Shown one piece after another: positions 36,490 through 42,064 of a stretch of 42,064 bases of DNA. Position 1 is the stretch's first letter. Every line of letters starts with the position of its first letter. A program made the translations under genes and the position numbers. Below the pieces are notes generated by a model. That model saw only the letters and a program-made list of their open reading frames with translations, had not been told where the DNA came from and ran no database searches. This stretch comes from Octopus bimaculoides (Eukaryota), in contig NC_068985.1 in NCBI RefSeq assembly GCF_001194135.2, positions 120,837,015 to 120,879,078 on the forward strand, given 5' to 3'.

Positions 36490-36862
36490 GCATTGAGAAG
36501 TTGCAGCTTCGCTACTACGGACACGTGTTAAGAATGTTACAGGAAAGAATCGCAAGACGGATTCTTAAAACTGAGTCAGATATCAAGAAAGTTAGGCGTT
36601 GACCAAGATTGAGATGGTTAAGTAATATCTTTAATCTCAGTTGGTCATCCTTTGGAATCCAGCCGGGAAGTGTAATAATGACTACTTCTGGTTGGACACT
36701 ATAGATGAGGTGCTTGAGGACTCTACCGCCACCATCTTCTTATGAATAGCGGATAGTGAAGATGGATAAATGTACGATGGATGGACTGACGGACGGACGG
36801 ACGGACGGACGGACGGACGGATGGATGGATGGATGGATGGATGGATGGATGGATGGGTGGAT
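36490..36862 (+). mobile_element. RTE-clade LINE 3' end with (ATGG/ACGG)n tail
   Basis: LRIEKLQLRYYGHVLRMLQERIARRILK...PRLRWLSNI...LRTLPP matches the RTE C-terminus (LRW.GHV.RM...R...GRPR.RW). Followed by gaagatgga and (ATGG)n, as in Rex3/Expander-type tails. Confidence 0.8.
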
Positions 36863-37472
36863 AGGTAAATGGCTGGATTGAAATAATTGTCTAATCGCTT
36901 CGTTCATAATTTGGCATATAACGACAGTGGGTGGGGTGGGGCATAGCTAAAATGTTTGCTCTTGTGTTCCGAATCACTCGGAAGCCGAGACACATGTAAA
37001 GTGCACCATTTTCTACTAACACAAAGAAAAGTTACACACAAATTTCTGAAGTCCAATAAATATTCAAATTAATAAAGACAACTCTGAATAAATTAAAATA
37101 TTACGTCAAATCAAGTCAACGATGAAACCCCAACATAATAGTTCGCTTTGCCAACTACAACTGCTCAATCTTTGCTATATACCGACTTCCAAAAGTATTA
37201 AAAAAGAAGTGGCAAATTTTGAAGAGCTAAAGTATATGACAAAATATTTTGCGGTATTTGCTCTTGTTCTCTGCACTGAGTTCAAATCCTACTAGAGTTA
37301 GATTTGACTTTCAGCCCTTTGGGGTTGATAAAATAAATTCACCAGTCCAATGAATTGACAGGATTGTTAGTGAGTGAAACGACTTTCCAGTATTTGATCA
37401 GAATCTTTTGTGCTCTGTGCTCTTTGGTGGTAGACTTAAATCGTCACCTTGAAAGCATCCAATGATGCCTTT
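36780..37472 (+). repeat. Local direct duplication, copy 1 (contains a degenerate SINE-B at ~37225-37370)
   Basis: Colinear with 38200-38957 over its whole length, e.g. gttacacacaaatttctgaagtccaataaatattcaaatt and ggtggtagacttaaatcgtca are identical. Confidence 0.92.
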
Positions 37473-37929
37473 AGAAGAGTTTACAATCTCAAGTATTCGA
37501 GGTAGCTGCTCAGGTTGATGATACCGTCCTATCGTTTCCGTAATAGTCTCCAAGACATTGCAAAGAAGAGTAAAACTAGTTGTTACGCTTCCCTTCCTGA
37601 TTAGATGTTAACAAAGAAGATACTGTTAAAAGCACAAGGTGGTTACAGCTGAAATACTTCCAACTAAAGGTCTTCTCGAGCAAGTGTGATTATCAAAAAC
37701 AAAATATATATCAAACCCGTACTATTGAGAGTTTGCATATGCTTATATTCATTCTTTGGACGCAAGGGAAACTATCATGCCAAAGCAATTTAGATAACAA
37801 AGTGACGAAGACCCACCCCTAGGTGATGTTAAGGTCAATAAACAAATATTTGCTACACATAATGATCTGGTGACTATTCGGGGACTATGTGGCAACTAAT
37901 TGGGGACTATGGGGCGACTATTTGGGGAG

Positions 37930-38199
37930 TCTGTCGAACAAGTGGTGTGTTATTCTTGACGAGGAAAGTTGGAATACGAGGTACCTTCAAAAAGTCTCCC
38001 ACTTTAATTTTTCGCCAACACTTTCCTCATGCACGAATCCTCCGTTAAATCATAATGCACTTATCCTGTGCTTATTCCCACTTTCATGGATTCTTCCATG
38101 TCTAATTGCCGAAAATTCTCAATCGGCTATTCGTTTCGGCTTGTCGATAGCCTGCCTGAGCATGCCCCGTTCTCCACGTAGATGCAGTCATGTTTGAAG
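37930..38199 (-). mobile_element. Second mariner fragment, homologous to 35758-36040
   Basis: Shares gtggtgtgtt.ttcttgac..gg.aagttggaatac...gtaccttca.aaagtctcccact, ttatcctgtgcttattcccactttcatg and gatgcagtcatgtttgaag with the first copy. Confidence 0.88.
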
Positions 38200-38957
38200 A
38201 TGGATGGATGGATGGATAGATGGATGGATGGATGGATGGATAGATGGATGGATGGATAGATGGATGGATGGATGGATGGATGGATGGATGGATCGGTCGA
38301 TCGATCGATGGGTAGATAGGTGAATGGTTAGATTGAAATAACTGTTTAATCGCATCTGTCATATTTTGGCATATGACGATAGTGGGGGGGGACATAGCTA
38401 AAATATTTGCCCTTGGCTCTTGTATTCTGAATCACGAGGCACCTGTAAAGTGCACCATTTGCTTCACACACAAAAAGTTACACACAAATTTCTGAAGTCC
38501 AATAAATATTCAAATTACATAAAACCGAATCTGAATATATTAAAACATTGTGACAAATCAAGTCAATGATGAAACATTTACACAGTAGCTCGATTTTTCA
38601 AGAATAACTGCCCTATCTTTGCAATATACCAACTTCGAAAAATACATAGAAAAAAAGAAAGAAATTCAGTATATATTGTTGTATTTAAGAAGTCGCAAAT
38701 TTTGAATAACTAAAGTATATGACAAAATATATTGTAGTGTTTGCTCTTGTTCTCTGCACTGATTTCATATCCTACCAGGGTCAGATTTGACTTTCAACGC
38801 TTTGGGGTTGATAAAATAAATGCACCAATCCAAGGAATTGACAGAATTGTTAGTGAGTGAAACGATTTTCCGGTATTTGATCAGAATCTTTTGTGTTCTG
38901 TACTCTTCGGTGGTAGACTTAAATCGTCAACGTAAAAGCATCCAAGGACGCCTTTAG
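38200..38957 (+). repeat. Local direct duplication, copy 2
   Basis: See 36780-37472; starts with (ATGG)n and ends aaagcatccaaggacgcctttag (copy 1: aaagcatccaatgatgcctttag). Confidence 0.92.
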
Positions 38958-40092
38958 CATGTATGTATGCATGTAGTTATGTACACGTCTGTGTGTTGTG
39001 TGTACATACAATGCGCGATGTATAAAAATAATGTTTTGTGTATTTTATCTGCCGAGAAGATTGTTGCAGCAAACTGAATGTTAGAGTATTGTATACGTAC
39101 CCGATGCTTTTGCTTTTGTTACATCCACTCATTCTTTCTTACAAGGAACAAAAACACAGAGTTTCAACGAAGTAAAATAATAGCTAAGGGTAAATACAAT
39201 GGTTGTCTGAAAAGAAGCGAGAATACATTTCAGACATGAATCAAATTGGAATCTTATGAGAGAAAACAAAGAACGATTATCATTAAGGAAGTGCATTCAT
39301 TTGGATGAGTTGATAAATGTTACTGATAAAATAATCAGAAATTCTACATAATGAATATTTTCAATCGACAGAAATAAAATTAAATGCAGTGTAGAATTGA
39401 ATCTTAAATAGAAGTTAAAATGAGCTAGAAGGTAGTGAATATCTTTATTATCTAATTGAAAGAAAATTATTTATTTTGCGCCAAACTTTTCTCAAAATCT
39501 TTTCAGAGATTTCGTATTTAAATCTTTTATTTTGAATATGTAAATGATGCTATCGGGTAAAAGGTTATTTCCATTAGGAACTTTAATTGGGAGGAAGAGA
39601 AGTCTTTAATAGTAAGTTATATCTTCATTATGTTTTTATATGTGCATATATATNNNNNNNNNNNNNNNNNNNNNNNNNNNNNNNNNNNNNNNNNNNNNNN
39701 NNNNNNNNNNNNNNNNNNNNNNNNNNNNNNNNNNNNNNNNNNNNNNNNNNNNNNNNNNNNNNNNNNNNNNNNNNNNNNNNNNNNNNNNNNNNNNNNNNNN
39801 NNNNNNNNNNNNNNNNNNNNTATATATATATGTATATATACATACGTACATACATACATATATACATACATACGTACGAACGTAGGTAAGTGTGTATGTA
39901 TGTATGTATGTATGTATGCATGTATGTATGTATGTATGTATGCGTGATGTATACAAATAATTATATAGTTTCAAACTTCTTTTGTTTCGCATCTTAGTCC
40001 AATGCCAAAAATCACCAAATTGAATGTTATCCCGTTTAAATAAATCCGTGTTAACATATCTAATAATTTAATACGTCAGATATCTGAATAAG

Positions 40093-40299
40093 CAGAAGTG
40101 GCTGTGTGGTAAGTAGCTTGGTTACCAACCACATGGTTCCGGATTCAGTCTCACTGCGTGCCACCTTGGGCAAGTGTCTTCTACTATAGCCTCAGGCGAC
40201 CAAAGCTTAGTGAGTGGATTTGGTAGGTGAAAACTGAAAGAAGCCGATCGTATATATATGTGTGTGTGTGTGTGTGTGTATGTGTGTGTGTGTGTTTGT
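40093..40299 (+). mobile_element. SINE family A 5' half running into (TG)n and a gap
   Basis: gtggctgtgtggtaagtagcttggttaccaaccacatggttccggattcagtctcactgcgtgccaccttgggcaagtgtcttctactatagcc is near-identical to 1885-1975. Confidence 0.9.
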
Positions 40300-41141
40300 N
40301 NNNNNNNNNNNNNNNNNNNNNNNNNNNNNNNNNNNNNNNNNNNNNNNNNNNNNNNNNNNNNNNNNNNNNNNNNNNNNNNNNNNNNNNNNNNNNNNNNNNN
40401 NNNNNNNNNNNNNNNNNNNNNNNNNNNNNNNNNNNNNNNNNNNNNNNNNNNNNNNNNNNNNNNNNNNNNNNNNNNNNNNNNNNNNNNNNNNNNNNNNNNN
40501 NNNNNNNNNNNNNNNNNNNNNNNNNNNNNNNNNNNNNNNNNNNNNNNNNNNNNNNNNNAAGTCGAAAGAGATCGATCCCAACTCTTATTTTCTTATTGCT
40601 GAACGAATTTATGTTATGAATTTAAAACCGGTATATTTCGAACAATATTATTTATAAATGTACTGACGTCAGTCTCTTGACCACTGGTTCTTGAATCCAC
40701 TTTGTAAGACTATCGTGTTGATAGTTAAATTATATATTATCAAAAACAGCTCCTTTTAAAACTTCAGAGGGTATTCATGCTACGGTTATATGGCCATTCT
40801 TCATTGCACATGTATGCACTACCTTTGCTGCCTTTGCATATATGATGATTTAATTTGTTTTATGTCTAACTACATCCTCTCACTTTTGAAAAGTATATAT
40901 TTATGTATCTTCAAATAAAACTTACCTTCAACATAATTATACTTACAAATTATTTTTAGCCCACCCCTATCTTGATTTGATTGCGCCAACGGAAGGATAC
41001 ATATCACCTGAAGAAACGGTGCGGTTGTGTAAGAATAAATTGTGTAATATTGCGTAATTATTACATATTGTTGCCAACAAATAGCCACACGTTATTGAAA
41101 CACTTGTAGCGATCCTTGATATGTCCATTCATATATATATA

Positions 41142-41178
<37 letters not shown>

Positions 41179-41387
41179 TATGTATGTATGTATATATATA
41201 TATATAGACCCATTGGTGTCTCACGAGACGGATTTAGAGCTAAGCGCTTTATGGACGCGAAACCCTGGATATGAACGGCCATAACTGTCATTCTCTAAAT
41301 AAGCTACTGTGTAATAATAACTTAGTGTGTGTCTCTCTTTCGGATTTATTATTTACCAACAATATGCGTGTGTGCGTGTGTGTGTGT

Positions 41388-41433
<46 letters not shown>

Positions 41434-41440
41434 GTGTGTA

Positions 41441-41595
41441 AACGACGAGTTTCTACGCAATATCCTTCTTAACTAAATCCTACTCACACTGTATTAGTCA
41501 AATCGAGAAGATGGCTGAAGTGCACTAGCCGCAATGTTGCACAACATGACCGAGGCTGCGTCCACGCGATTGCGCAGTAAAATTCTGAACACAAC
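41441..41595 (-). mobile_element. Highly diverged SINE family A head
   Basis: acgacgagtttct...actaaatcctactcaca... is the reverse complement of the tgtgagtggatttggtag...gcccgtcgt block and sits next to (TG)n. Confidence 0.5.
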
Positions 41596-41962
41596 GGGTG
41601 TACATGTGTTGTCTGCTGCTTTTATTCATCGAATTATGAATCTCCTAATGAACATAATACTAAGAAAATTTTACTTTATATTCTGTATCCCTTATTGAAT
41701 AATTGCTTCCGAGTTACAGCTTGAATGCGTTTTCCAGTTTTTCATTCAAATTCTCACTAACAATGAAATACCACATGAAACTAGCAACGGATATTTTCTA
41801 ACGTCTCAAAACAGAAAATCAGTTTTGTTCCCACAGACAAAAACTCAGATGCTTTACTTTAAATTCACTAACAAATTGGCAAATATTTTTTTCATGCATA
41901 TATTCTATGAAACCTTTATCTGTACTTTATTATATAGAAAAGAAGGAAGTATGTAATTATAT

Positions 41963-42006
<44 letters not shown>

Positions 42007-42019
42007 ATGTTTATCTATA

Positions 42020-42064
<45 letters not shown>

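Noticed and set aside
37872-37930. Short GACTAT(N)GGGG repeats as a CRISPR-like or regulatory array
   Set aside because: Only 3-4 degenerate ~12-14 bp units without unique spacers in eukaryotic DNA; ordinary slippage at the duplication boundary.

Overview
Repeat-saturated, AT-rich eukaryotic non-coding DNA (intergenic or inside a very long intron) from a fragmented short-read assembly. It has 16 N-gaps totalling about 5.8 kb (~14%), nearly all opening inside microsatellites. The SINE families and microsatellite spectrum look like those of Octopus (inference from remembered repeat sequences, not a database search). I cannot support any intact host protein-coding gene. Most long ORFs in the track are translated microsatellites or run through gaps; the rest are short or derive from TEs. 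Supportable content: at least 14 tRNA-derived SINE pieces from two main families; two R4/Dong-like RLE-LINE 3' fragments abutting (TAA)n tracts; CR1/L2-like LINE pieces (two endonuclease N-termini and an RT 3' end); an RTE 3' end with an (ATGG)n tail; a Tc1 3' half; an internally deleted mariner with both TIRs and TA TSDs; further mariner remnants; a ~225 bp TIR-bounded MITE; and a local tandem duplication carrying a microhomology-bounded deletion. The best lead is a 312 bp composite insert (16551-16862): tRNA-like Pol III head + (AAT)n + hammerhead-ribozyme-like core. It is flanked by a 6 bp TSD, and its removal restores the reading frame of the LINE it interrupted. A second, different hammerhead-like motif lies at 14304-14343. 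Candidate recursive (AG|GT) splice sites occur at 3080 and 24366.
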